Assembly: GCF_020745735.1 (NCBI RefSeq)
Contig: NC_083427.1
Coordinates: 6,727,438 to 6,791,437, forward strand
DNA length: 64,000 nucleotides
Direction: 5' to 3'
Source of the DNA: Hemiscyllium ocellatum
Lineage: Eukaryota
A program made the position numbers and the translations under genes. Shown piece after piece: positions 11,986-22,204 of the stretch (positions are counted from its first letter, which is position 1; each line of letters begins with the position of its first letter). The notes beneath the pieces were generated by a model. That model searched no databases and was not told the DNA's origin. It was given only the letters and a program-made list of their open reading frames with translations.

Positions 11986-12152
11986 TTCAATATTCATCCA
12001 CCTGATTGATCCACCTTCAGCTTTCCCAGCAGCTTCTCCTTAATGATAACCACATCAATCACCTCTGCCCCTGACTCTCTTTCAGGTTCTGGTCTATTGC
12101 TGGTGGCTTCCACTGTGGAAACTGATGCAAAGTAGTTATTCAGTTTTTTTTT

Positions 12153-12585
12153 AAGATTCCCTAGTGATGAAACAGGCCAACCAGTCCACACTGACCCTCC
12201 GAAGAGTAACCCACCTAGACCCATTCTCCTACATTTACCCCGAAAGCACCTAAACTATACATCCCTGAACACTCTGGTGCACTTTAGCATGGCCAATCCA
12301 CCCTAACCTACACATCCCTGAACACCATGGGGCATTTTAGCACGGCCAATCCACCCTAACCTACACATCCCTGGGCACTATGGGACAATTTAGCATGGCC
12401 AATCCACCCTAACCTACACATCCCTGAACAGCTTGGGGCACTTTAGCATGGCCGATTCACCTGACCTGCACATTTTTGGATTGCGGGAGGAAATGAATGT
12501 GCAAACTCCACACACTCAGTCGCCCCAAGCCTGGAATCGAACCCGGGTCCCTGGCACCGTGAGGCAGCGGTGCTAACCACTGAGG
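12153..12585 (-). mobile_element. V-SINE with an internal 53-bp x4 tandem expansion
   Basis: catccctg at 12260, 12313, 12366 and 12419; tRNA-derived head at ~12530-12583. Confidence 0.85.
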
Positions 12586-13369
12586 GGTTCTTCTGGGATT
12601 TCTTTCCTCCCCATTACTTCTTCCCTCATCGCATTTCCAGCGGTCTAACGTCCACTCTTGCCTTTTATAAACCTAAAGGAAAACTCTCAGAATCTTCTTC
12701 TATACAGGACCAGAAGTGTGCCTATTGATCGACAGGTCCACATCATCAAATAGACACACCAAATAATGGAAACGTAACACAGTGTACACATGTCCCTGTT
12801 ATACTTTATTTACAGCATAAATCACTTAAAATAATGCAACTTCGCCTTAACCAAAATTTACCCACAGACAACTTTATCACTCGCGTCCTCAACTGTGACT
12901 ACTTGGGCGTTACAGAGATCGCGATAATACAGTCAACATCCAGTACTTAACCGACATAACTTTTGCTGGTTTATAGAGTGCCCCGTACGTTAAGGTCCTG
13001 ATTCTAATAAAGTTTGCTGTACTCGCGAGCTTATCCTCATATTTCATCGTTCCCCCACCCTTCCTGCCTTTTTCCGGGGTCTTCCACTCTCTTTCAAAGG
13101 CTCCCCATTCACCTGCACCACATTGCACGCACTTTCCTTTGCTCTCCTGCAGTTCCTGACTTCACTCATCAGCCACGGTTGCTTCATCCTCCCCTTTGTA
13201 TGCTTATTCCTCGTCGGGATCAATTTCTGCTCTGTCTCTTAAACAGCCCCCCCCCCAGAAGCTCCTGCTGCTGTTGTCCCTCCACCTTCTCTATCCGGCC
13301 CCCCTTCCAATCAATTCTGGGCAGCTCCTCCCTCACGGGTCGTTCAGTTAGCTTCACTCATTCATAATA

Positions 13370-13721
13370 CAGGTAGACAACCCTTTATCCGAAATCTGAA
13401 AACCTCCAAAATCCAAAGGTTTCTCGTGACTTTCTTTTCCCTCATTAACAAGGTTGTTGGGACGTGTGAACAGTTGACCCAACTCCTCACCCACTCGATG
13501 CGTGTGACTCAGATACGACGTGGGGGGGGGGGGCAGGGGGAGTGGGGAAGGGGTGTGGCCCAGCCCTGCCAGGTCTGTTTTACTCACGGTGAGTCTGCTG
13601 TTAGGGAAGATGTTTTGAAAACTTTCACCATCAAAACCTTCACTGACCCTGAAATTCGGAAAATCCTGAATTCCGAAATCCAGCTGCTCCCCAGCATTTC
13701 GGATAAAGGATTGTGCGCCTG
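13370..13721. mobile_element. MITE of Tc1/mariner-pogo type
   Basis: TA|caggtagacaaccctttatccgaaat ... atttcggataaaggattgtgcgcctg|TA: 26-bp imperfect TIRs, TA flanks, no transposase. Confidence 0.75.
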
Positions 13722-13881
13722 TACCATCACACCTGAGTCCAGCTTCTCCCCCTCACTGCAGGGTGGATTCTCTCATAACTTTGGTCACTTCCCCCATGAG
13801 CTCCCTCATCAAGTCTGCTTCATTTCACATCACCAAATCCCAGAACTCGCCGTTCACTCATGGGCTCTACCACAGGCTGTT

Positions 13882-14175
13882 AGATTAGATTCCCTACAGT
13901 GTGGAAACAGGCCCTTCAGCCCAACCAGTCCACACCCACCCTCCAAAGAGTATCCCACCCAGACCCATTTCCCCTTTGACTAATACACCTAACACGATGG
14001 GCCAATTCACCCTAACCTACACATCTTTGGACTGTAGGAACCAACCGGAGCAAACCCGCACACTCACAGGAAGAGTATGCAAACTCCACCCAGACAGTTG
14101 CCCGAGGGTGGAATCGAACCCGGGACCCTGGTGCTGTGAGGCAGCAGTGCTAACCACTGAGCCACCGTACCACCC
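13882..14175 (-). mobile_element. V-SINE (HE1-like)
   Basis: A box tggctcagtgg, B box ggttcgattcc, V-domain and tail on the minus strand. Confidence 0.85.
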
Positions 14176-14486
14176 TGTTCTGAAACAACAATTAAAATCC
14201 CGTAGACATTCCATGAATTTCTTTTCTTGAGATCGGTTACCAACCCAACTTTCCGAGGCCACCTGTTGATGTCCTCCCAAATTTCTTACATGTGTTCTCT
14301 AATAGCGGGTTTGTTTCCTGTTGCACACCCTTATTACTGCTCGGGGGCCGGTACATAACTTGCAGCAGCAACTTTTGTCTTTTGCATTCTCTGAAAAAAG
14401 TCTACCTATATATACCTATACTTTCGCTGTAGATTCAATTTTTTTTTAAGAGCAAGGCCACTCCAACCCTTCTGCCTGTCTTTTAC

Positions 14487-15095
14487 AACATAGAACCTTC
14501 CAGCACAGTACAGGCCCTTCGGCCCTCGAAATTGCGCCGACCTGTGAAACCAATCTGAAGCCCATCTAACCTACACTATTCCATTTACATCCATATGTTC
14601 ATCCAATGACCATGTAAATGCCCTTAACGTTGGCGAGTCTCCTACTGTTGCAGGCAGTGCATTCCACACCACTATTACTGAGTAAAGAACCTACCTCGGA
14701 CATCTGTCCTATATCTAGCACCCCTCAATTTAAAACTATGTTACTCACCATCCAAGGAAAAAGGCTTTCGCTATCGAATCTAACCCTATGATTATCTTAT
14801 ATGTCTCAATTAAGTCATCTCTCAACCCTCTTCTCTCTAACAAAAACAGTCCTATATACCAGGCAACATCGTGGATAATCTCCTCTGCACCCTTTCCAAA
14901 GCTTTCACATCCTTCCCATGATGCAGTGACCAGAACTGTACGCAATACTCCAAGTGAAACCACACCAGAGTTTTGTACAACATGACCTTGTGGCTCCAAA
15001 ACTCAATCCCTCTCCCAACAAAAGCTAACGCACCGTATGCCTTCTTAGCAACCCTATTAACCTGGGTGGCAACTTTCAGGGATCTATGTACATGG
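14487..15095 (-). mobile_element. CR1 LINE 3' fragment
   Basis: LERRGLRDDLIETYKII remnant and CR1 3' tail. Confidence 0.8.
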
Positions 15096-15689
15096 AAGTA
15101 TAGGACGTATATCCTTATGTCTTCAGTTAACAGTCCTGATACTTTGCAGTCACAGCTCTATAACGCCCAGAACATTGCACCCACCAACTTCAATGTGCAC
15201 TACAAGCTTAGTTACCTTGTTTTGCAAACTGTGTACATTTAAGTACAACACCCTCATGGTCTCCTGTTCCCCGATACTGTGATTTCACATGACCAACGGC
15301 AATGTGAATGTAGTCATGTGGTTCAGGAAATGACTGTAATATTCACCCTGTGGAAATTCTTACTTTTCAGTCTTTTGTTCGTGACTTCAAATATGTGGTT
15401 GAGGATTTATCAGTCACATAAAATATGAATCTGGTGTTTTACGTTTGTGCATCTCAGTATTTGCAGAGTTGGGAGTTGGAAATTGCAGAATCTGCCACCG
15501 TGCTATTAGATGCTTCCTAAATCCCACAGCAGCTGCATTTCCAGTTAGTTCGCCTTTATAACATGTCAAAAAACACCTCTGGAGGAATAAGTGGCAGTTT
15601 GGGGGGTTCATGCGGAGATTCAGCAATGTTTAACTGTGCAGGATAATCAACGACCCTCAATTAAAATATAAATAGTCATTGGTTAGAGA

Positions 15690-16320
15690 TGGGAACAGCA
15701 GGGCACTGGGGAGTGTCGAACACTCAAACCTTGGGGTGCGGGTACATCATATGGCATGCTTTCCTTCATTGATCAGAGCAGTGAATATAGCAGTTAGGAC
15801 ACCATGTTACACCTGTATGAGATACTGGAGTCCTGCGTACAATTCTGGTCACCCTGCGACAGGAAGGATGTTATTAAACTGGCAAGTGTGCAAGAAAATA
15901 TTTACAAGGACGCTACTGAGACTGGAAGATTGTATGAGAGGCGTATGGAGGCTGGCACTTTATGCCTGGAACATCGGAGGCCGAGGGGGTGACCTTCCCG
16001 AGGTTTATAAAATCATGAGGGGGTACAGTGAGGTAAAAAAAATTTCCCTAGGGTTGGAGGGCCCAAAACGAGAGGGTGTAGGTTGAAGGTAGGAGGATAA
16101 AACAGACTGGGGAGGGACAACGTTTTCCAGACAGAGGGTGACGTGGAATTTGAACAAGTTGCCAGAGGAAGTAGTGGAGATGGGTACAATTACGACGTCA
16201 AAAGACATTCGGACAGGTACGTGAACAGGGAAGGTTTAGAGGGATATGGGCCCAACACAGGCAAATGAAATTAGTTCAGTTTAGGAAACGTGATCAGCAT
16301 GGATACGTTAGGCTGGAGAG
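15690..16320 (+). mobile_element. Degenerate CR1 LINE 3' fragment
   Basis: LESCVQFWSPCDRKDVIKL remnant. Confidence 0.75.
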
Positions 16321-16380
16321 CCTTGTCTTCCTAACATTGAGGAACTTGTTCAGTTTGAGAGAAACAGTCTTGGAGAGTCA

Positions 16381-16537
16381 GGATTTGGAGATGCCGGTGT
16401 TGGGCCGGGGCGTACAAAGTTAAAAATCACACAACACCAGGTTACAGGTTTAATTGGAAGCACACTCGCTTTCGGAGGATCACAACCGCCTGATGAAGGA
16501 GCGGCGCTCCGAAAGCTAGTGCTTCCAATTAAACCTC
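16381..16537. mobile_element. Short PLE family B terminal insertion with inverted arms and a hammerhead (+, 16487-16521)
   Basis: cgc-ctgatga-a-ggagc-ggc-gctcc-gaaagcta-gtg; arms aggtttaattggaagcac and gtgcttccaattaaacct. Confidence 0.75.
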
Positions 16538-17564
16538 CTTGAGAGTGACGGAGTTGGGTGGACACTGAAAGGAACAATTAGTTGGACCACTCGACATAAT
16601 TGTTAATTTAGATTGACAGGCAGGAGGGAAGATATTTAAACAGAACCGTTCAGCCCTCTCAGAACAAATTCAAACGTTGAATCAATGCTGGGCTTCTGAA
16701 ATAAACGCGCTGTTGCAATCTCGTTGGACAAAAGACAGAACAACTGGGGTTGAACATGTTACCTCTCCCTTCCCGGCTGGTGGACTTTCAGTCCATTGGC
16801 TCGCTCCACGGTCTGTTCTCAGCCTGCATGGACTCAGGAGGAGGGAGAAGGGCGAATTCCTTGAGTCAAGGCCCTTCTGTAAATGGTCACTTGCCACAAT
16901 TCACTGAGTGGCCTCTAAAGGGAGTTCTGGTCCCACAGTCAGCTGGCATGTGCTCCGGCTGAAAGATTGGTTGATTTCAAAATAAATTCGTGTTTCTATA
17001 GCATCCACCTCGGGCTGTATTAACGCTGCCGGTAAGGAACTTTTCGCCTTGTAGACGTCTTCAGGAGATGTGCAAGTCCATTCTCGCAGAGCAGTTAGGT
17101 ATCTGCTGACGACCAGCCCATCAGGTTTCACTGACGTTGATTGAGGTTTTCAATATCAGGCCCCAGGGCACTGGGCTAACTCCCCTCTCTCCTCACACAT
17201 TTCTCTCTCAGTGTGGCCATTCCATTGTTTGTAAGCCTTGGATTGACATATGGCCATAATGCCCGTGGTTTTCCCTTTTAAAGTTCAAACACTTCAAGAT
17301 TGAGGGAATCTCGTTTTGCAGAGACTGGTTACAAACATAGCCTGATGTAGGGAAAAGAGCATTATCTCGGAGATAGACCGATTAGCTCTGATGGGAGACA
17401 TCTTGCACAGCCACACAGACCCACTCAATCTGACAAATTTGCCGACCAGCCAAGTCATCAATGACTCACGCTCAGCCCGGTTCTGAGTAACTGATGAATA
17501 ATCGGCGCTGAATAGAGGCTGTATTTTCTTAATTAGTTATGAAGATGCACTAATAAAAAATATA

Positions 17565-17832
17565 CACGGCACGGTGGCTCAGTGGTTAGCACTACAGCCT
17601 CACAGCGCCAGGGGCCCGGGTTTGATTCCAGCCTTGGGACGACTGTCTGTGGGGAGTTAGTGCATTCTCCCAGTGCTTCCTCCGGGTGCTCCGGTTTCCT
17701 CCCACAGGTCATGTTAGGTACATTAGGCAGGGGTAAACGCAGGCGAATGGATTTGGGCGGGTTGCTCTTCGGAAGGGTCGGTGTGGAGTTGTCGGGCCGA
17801 AGGGCCTGTTTCCACACTGTAGGGGAATCTAA
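17565..17832 (+). mobile_element. V-SINE (HE1-like)
   Basis: ggcacggtggctcagtggttagcact...gggtttgattcc head and conserved 3' tail. Confidence 0.85.
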
Positions 17833-18721
17833 TCCACCCATTTCAAAATGGAATTTATGATTACTATAAGAAACAGCCGGTAGGGAGTCAAAGAGAGACA
17901 ACATCTCCAGTTAATTCAGGGAGAGAGAAGAGGGAGGAGTGGGGAGATAGGTGGAGATGTAGAGAGAGATGAAAGGGGAGGAGAACAAGGGGATAGTGGT
18001 TGGTACTGGCAGAGGAGAGGCTGAATAAGCGACCGTGAGAGCTGAGGGCGGGAGAGAGTAAGTGGGTTTCACTGAAAGCGAACCATCTCATGTAATAATA
18101 GGATGAGGAGTGTGTGTGTGTGGGGGGGGGGGAGTGAGGATGAGTTGGCTGGCCTTAAAATAACCCATGCCATGGACGGAGCAGGGTGTTTAAAAGAACA
18201 AAGCAAGGTGGTAATCTTAGGTGACTTAAAACTGACGTTGAGTCTCAGAGGCTGCAGGATCTCCGAGTGCAAACTTGCGCTCCAAGATGGAAGAGTGTTG
18301 GCCAGGAATCACGGTGGCTTGTTGAAGCCGGTGGCTCAGGGTCATTTTCACCGACAGACCACGGGCCTTTCCTCTCAAGAGAAAAGAACCCCTCTCAGGA
18401 GCTGCCCCAGCATCGGTCCCCTCAGGATCGTCCATGTTTCAAAAAGACCCTCTATGGTTTTAAAATTCATTCACGGGACGAGGGGGTCACTGGCCGGGCC
18501 CAGCGTTTGTTTTTTGTCTCCTCCCTTGCCCCCCCCCCCCCCCCCCCACCAATCCATCCCCAATTGCCCAGAGGGCAGTTAACAGGCAACCGCGGGTCTG
18601 GAGTCCAAAGCGATCGGCAAGTGGATTTCAGGCTCATCGTTCGACCCTTACACCCGGATTTCGAGCGAGTTCAAATTCCAGCGTCTGTTCGCGGCGGGGT
18701 TTGAACCCGGGTCCCCAGGAC

Positions 18722-18855
18722 GTGGTGTGAGGTCTGCAGAGGCTGGGAGTATCAAGAGCTGAAAACGTGTTGCTGGTGAAAGCGCAGCAGGTCAGGCAGC
18801 ATCCAAAAGGGAGCAGGAAATTCGACGTTTCGGGCCAGAGCCCTTCATCAGGAAT
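18722..18855 (-). mobile_element. ~133-nt PLE-derived mini-element with intact hammerhead (18820-18855), inserted in a tRNA-derived SINE
   Basis: TSD tccccaggac at 18712-18721 and 18855-18864. Minus strand reads AUUC-CUGAUGA-A-GGGC-UCUG-GCCC-GAAACGUC-GAAU. Confidence 0.8.
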
Positions 18856-19104
18856 CCCCAGGACATGGCCTGGCTGTCCGGAGTAACAGTCCAGCGATAA
18901 TACCACTGGGACCATCGCCTTCCCCATCGTGTCTTTCGCGGTCGAGTGGATACAGGTTCAGTCTTCCCTCGTAAGGGAACCCAACTCGCCCCCCAAACCC
19001 CCCCCCCCCCCAACAATTCCAAGCCTCAGTCACGTTGCAGTTGATGGACTGACCCCCCTGCTCGCTCAGTCTGAGGGGGCACTTGTTGTCGGATCGACCG
19101 CGGC

Positions 19105-20601
19105 TCACTCCTGGCCAGCAGCAGCCGCAGCAGCCGCCGCGCCACTTGGCCCCGGTAGCCTCCGGTGCAGCCGCCGGTGGGTCTGCAGGCTGGAGGACTG
19201 GCTGAAGCGCCGGCCGCACTCGGGGCAGGCGAAGGGCCGCTCGCCGGTGTGCACCCGCTGGTGCCGCCGCAGGTCGGACGACTTGCGGAAGCGCCGGGCG
19301 CAGCGGGCGCAGGCGAACGGCCGCTCGCCGGTGTGGATCCGCTGGTGCAGCATCAGGTTGCGGGAGCTCTTGAAGCCGCCGCCGCAGTCCGGGCAGCGGA
19401 AGGGCCGCTCGCTGGTGTGGGTGACCCGGTGGCTCAGCAGGTTGGAGGAGGTGCTGAAGCGCCGGCCGCAGACGCCGCAGGCGAACGGCCGCTCCCCGGT
19501 GTGGACCCGCTGGTGCCGCCGCAGGTCGGAGGAGGTGCGGAAGCCCTTGGCGCAGTGCGAGCAGCCGAAGGGCCGCTCCTCGGTGTGGATCCGCCGGTGC
19601 ACCAGCAGGTCGCCGGCGCTCTTGAAGCCGCCGCCGCAGTCCGGGCAGCGGAAGGGCCGCTCGCCGGTGTGGGTGACCCGGTGGTTCAGCAGGTTGGAGG
19701 AGGACTTGAAGCGCCGGCCGCAGACGCCGCAGGCGAAGGGTCGCTCCCCGGTGTGGACCCGCTGGTGCCGCCGCAGCTTGGAGAGGATCCGGAAGCGCTG
19801 GGCGCAGTCGGTGCAGCCGAAGGGCCGCTCCTCGGTCCCCTGGCTCTGCGGGCGGGCCGCCGGGCTGGCCGAGCCGGAGCCGCCGCCGCCGCCGCCGCAG
19901 TCGGTGCACCGGCAGCGCCGCTCCTCGGCGGCGTGGCTCTGCTGGTGCCGCTGCAGGCTGGAGGTCTGGGTGAAGCCCTTCCCGCAGCGGGAGCAGCGGA
20001 GCAGCCCCTCGCCGGTGTGCAGCCGCCGGTGCCGCCGCAGGTGGGAGGCGCCGCTGAAGCGCCGGCCGCAGTCCGGGCAGGGGAAGGGCCGCTCGCCGGC
20101 GTGCACCCGCCGGTGGCTCTGCAGCCCGGCCAGCCGCGCGAAGGGCCGGCCGCAGTCCGGGCAGGGGAAGGGCCGGGGCTCGGCGTGCACCCGCCGGTGC
20201 TTCTGCAGGTTGGAGGCGCTGCCGAAGCGCCGGCCGCAGTCCGGGCAGGCGAACGGCCGCTCCCCGGTGTGCACCCGCTGGTGCCGCCGCAGGTTGTTGG
20301 CGTGGCTGAAGCCCCGGCCGCACCGCGGGCAGGCGAAGGGCCGCTCGCCGGTGTGCACCCGCCGGTGCCGCCGCAGGTGGCAGGACTGGGCGAAGGCCCG
20401 GCCGCAGACGAAGCAGGCGAAGGGCCGCTCGCCGGTGTGCACCCGCCGGTGCTTCAGCAGGATCGGGGACTGGGTGAAGCCCTTGCCGCACACCGGGCAG
20501 GTGAACGGCCGCTCGCCGGTGTGCACCCGCCGGTGGGTCTCCAGCTCCGAGGGCGAGCGGAAACCCTTCTGGCAGTCCCCGCACTTCCAGGCTTTCTCCA
20601 T
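19105..20601 (-). CDS. Poly-C2H2 zinc-finger protein ZNF-B (16 intact + 1 degenerate fingers, ~498 aa, poly-Ala tail)
   Basis: ATG at 20601 in strong Kozak context (gcGCCATGG), N-terminus [16 protein letters not shown] linkers, extremely GC-rich. Confidence 0.9.
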   Translation of the reverse strand: MEKAWKCGDCQKGFRSPSELETHRRVHTGERPFTCPVCGKGFTQSPILLKHRRVHTGERPFACFVCGRAFAQSCHLRRHRRVHTGERPFACPRCGRGFSHANNLRRHQRVHTGERPFACPDCGRRFGSASNLQKHRRVHAEPRPFPCPDCGRPFARLAGLQSHRRVHAGERPFPCPDCGRRFSGASHLRRHRRLHTGEGLLRCSRCGKGFTQTSSLQRHQQSHAAEERRCRCTDCGGGGGGSGSASPAARPQSQGTEERPFGCTDCAQRFRILSKLRRHQRVHTGERPFACGVCGRRFKSSSNLLNHRVTHTGERPFRCPDCGGGFKSAGDLLVHRRIHTEERPFGCSHCAKGFRTSSDLRRHQRVHTGERPFACGVCGRRFSTSSNLLSHRVTHTSERPFRCPDCGGGFKSSRNLMLHQRIHTGERPFACARCARRFRKSSDLRRHQRVHTGERPFACPECGRRFSQSSSLQTHRRLHRRLPGPSGAAAAAAAAGQE

Positions 20602-20610
20602 GGCGCTGGC

Positions 20611-20893
20611 AAACCCCCAACCACCCAACCCCTCACTCACCCACCCACCCACCCAACCCCTCACTCACCCAACCACCCAACCAACCCCTCACTCACCCAA
20701 CCAACCCCTCACTCACCCAACCAACCCCTCACTCACCCAACCAACCCCTCACTCACCCAACCAACCAACCAACCAACCAACCAACCACCCACCCAACCAA
20801 CCCCTCACTCACCCAACCCACCCAACCAACCAACCACCCACTCACCCACTCAACCAACCAACCAACCAACCAACCACCCACCCAACCACCCAA
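20611..20893. repeat. Compound (CCAA/ACCC/CTCA) microsatellite with a 20-bp higher unit ccaacccctcactcacccaa
   Basis: Directly visible; ends ~10 nt from the ZNF-B start codon. Confidence 0.95.
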
Positions 20894-21171
20894 GGAGGAA
20901 AGCTTCCCTCAGGCAAAGAGCGTGTGGACGGGGTCCGCTGGTCACCACTCAGGGATGCGCAACCGTCCCACGGTGTTGCCTCTCCCCGCTCGGTACACTG
21001 CAACACACCCACTCAGCGTGGGGGGTTTTCACCAAGTTGCTACCCTCCTGAAGCAGAGAGATCCAACAACTCTTTCTCCGCTTAGATTGAGACCAGGGAC
21101 ATCCCGTTCAGGAAAGACTGAGCCACTGTTGGGAGGTGTGGTTCTGCATCCATTCCTCCCCTCTCGACAGC

Positions 21172-21200
21172 CTGCTGGGGGGGGGAAAAAAAAGGGGGGG
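21172..21200 (-). other. 3' splice acceptor (tandem CAGCAG) of the ZNF-B coding exon
   Basis: Long C/T tract followed by cagcag|gctgtcgagaggggagg, similar to the ZNF-A acceptor. Confidence 0.65.
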
Positions 21201-21247
21201 AGATTACAAGCGTTACCAGTTTCGTTGGAAGACAGCAATTCTAAACC

Positions 21248-21746
21248 GTGGAGTACAAAGTGAGGTCTGCAGATCAGAGATGCTGAAAATGTGTTGCTGG
21301 TTAAAGCACAGCAGGTCAGGCAGCATCCAAGGAACACAGGAAATTCGACGTTCCGGGCATAAGCCCTTCTTCAGGAATGAGGAGAGGGTGCCAGGCAGGC
21401 TAAGATAAAAGGTAGGGAGGAGGCACTTGGGGGAGGGGCGATGGAGATGTGATAGGTGGAAGGAGGTCAAGGTGAGGGTGATAGGCCGGAGTGGGGTGGG
21501 GGCGGAGAGGTCAGGAAGAAGATGATAGGCCGGAGAGGGGTGGGCTATCACCCTCACCTTGACCTCCTTCCACCTATCACATCTCCATCGCCCCTCCCCC
21601 AAGTCCCTCCTCCCTACCTTTTATCTGAGCCTGCCTGGCACCCTCTCCTCATTTCTGATGAAGGGCTCTGGCCCGAAACATCGAATTTCCCGTTCCTTGG
21701 ATGCTGCCTAACCTGCTGTGCTTTAACCAGCAACACATTTTCAGCG
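21248..21746. mobile_element. PLE foldback insertion (~200-bp inverted arms, two hammerhead motifs, 13-bp TSD)
   Basis: TSD gcaattctaaacc at 21235-21247 and 21747-21759; arms ~21284-21484 and ~21546-21745. Confidence 0.85.
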
Positions 21747-22204
21747 GCAATTCTAAACCAACAACGATGCCAAACACCCGCTCCCCCTCCTGTTCCAGAG
21801 GCTGCGTGTCTCCTTCCCACATACTCCACCCTCACTCTGTCAACACAAAGTACACCTTTCCCATCTCCCCTAAAGTTCACACTGAATACATGGGAAATTG
21901 CTAATTCGGGGGGGGGGGGGGGGTAAGAAATATCGTGATGGCGGCTGCTGGCAAGATGACACAGTGAGTGGAACTCTGTGAACAAGGATGGTGGAACGGC
22001 AGATGTTTCCAGAAATGAAATAAGCTTGGCAGTTGAGGGAAATCTGGGGACATAGAGGAGAATGGAAATGACTGGCTTACTCGACGGAGAATCAGCACGG
22101 ACTTCGAGTGTCCAAATGGATTCCTTTTGTCCTGTATGGATAGGTACAGTGAAGGCATGGTGAGGAGCTGGCGTAAGGGGTGAGAATTCAGTTCTGGGAT
22201 CTCT

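Noticed and set aside
17565-17635. tRNA genes at SINE heads (also 27740-27807, 34294, 43104 and others)
   Set aside because: A and B boxes are present but run directly into the V-domain and LINE-like tail; these are tRNA-derived SINEs.
18848-21085. Long overlapping ORFs of 718 aa, 628 aa and 590 aa
   Set aside because: Shadow frames of the GC-rich, repetitive ZNF-B CDS and the adjacent microsatellite; low complexity and no independent domain.
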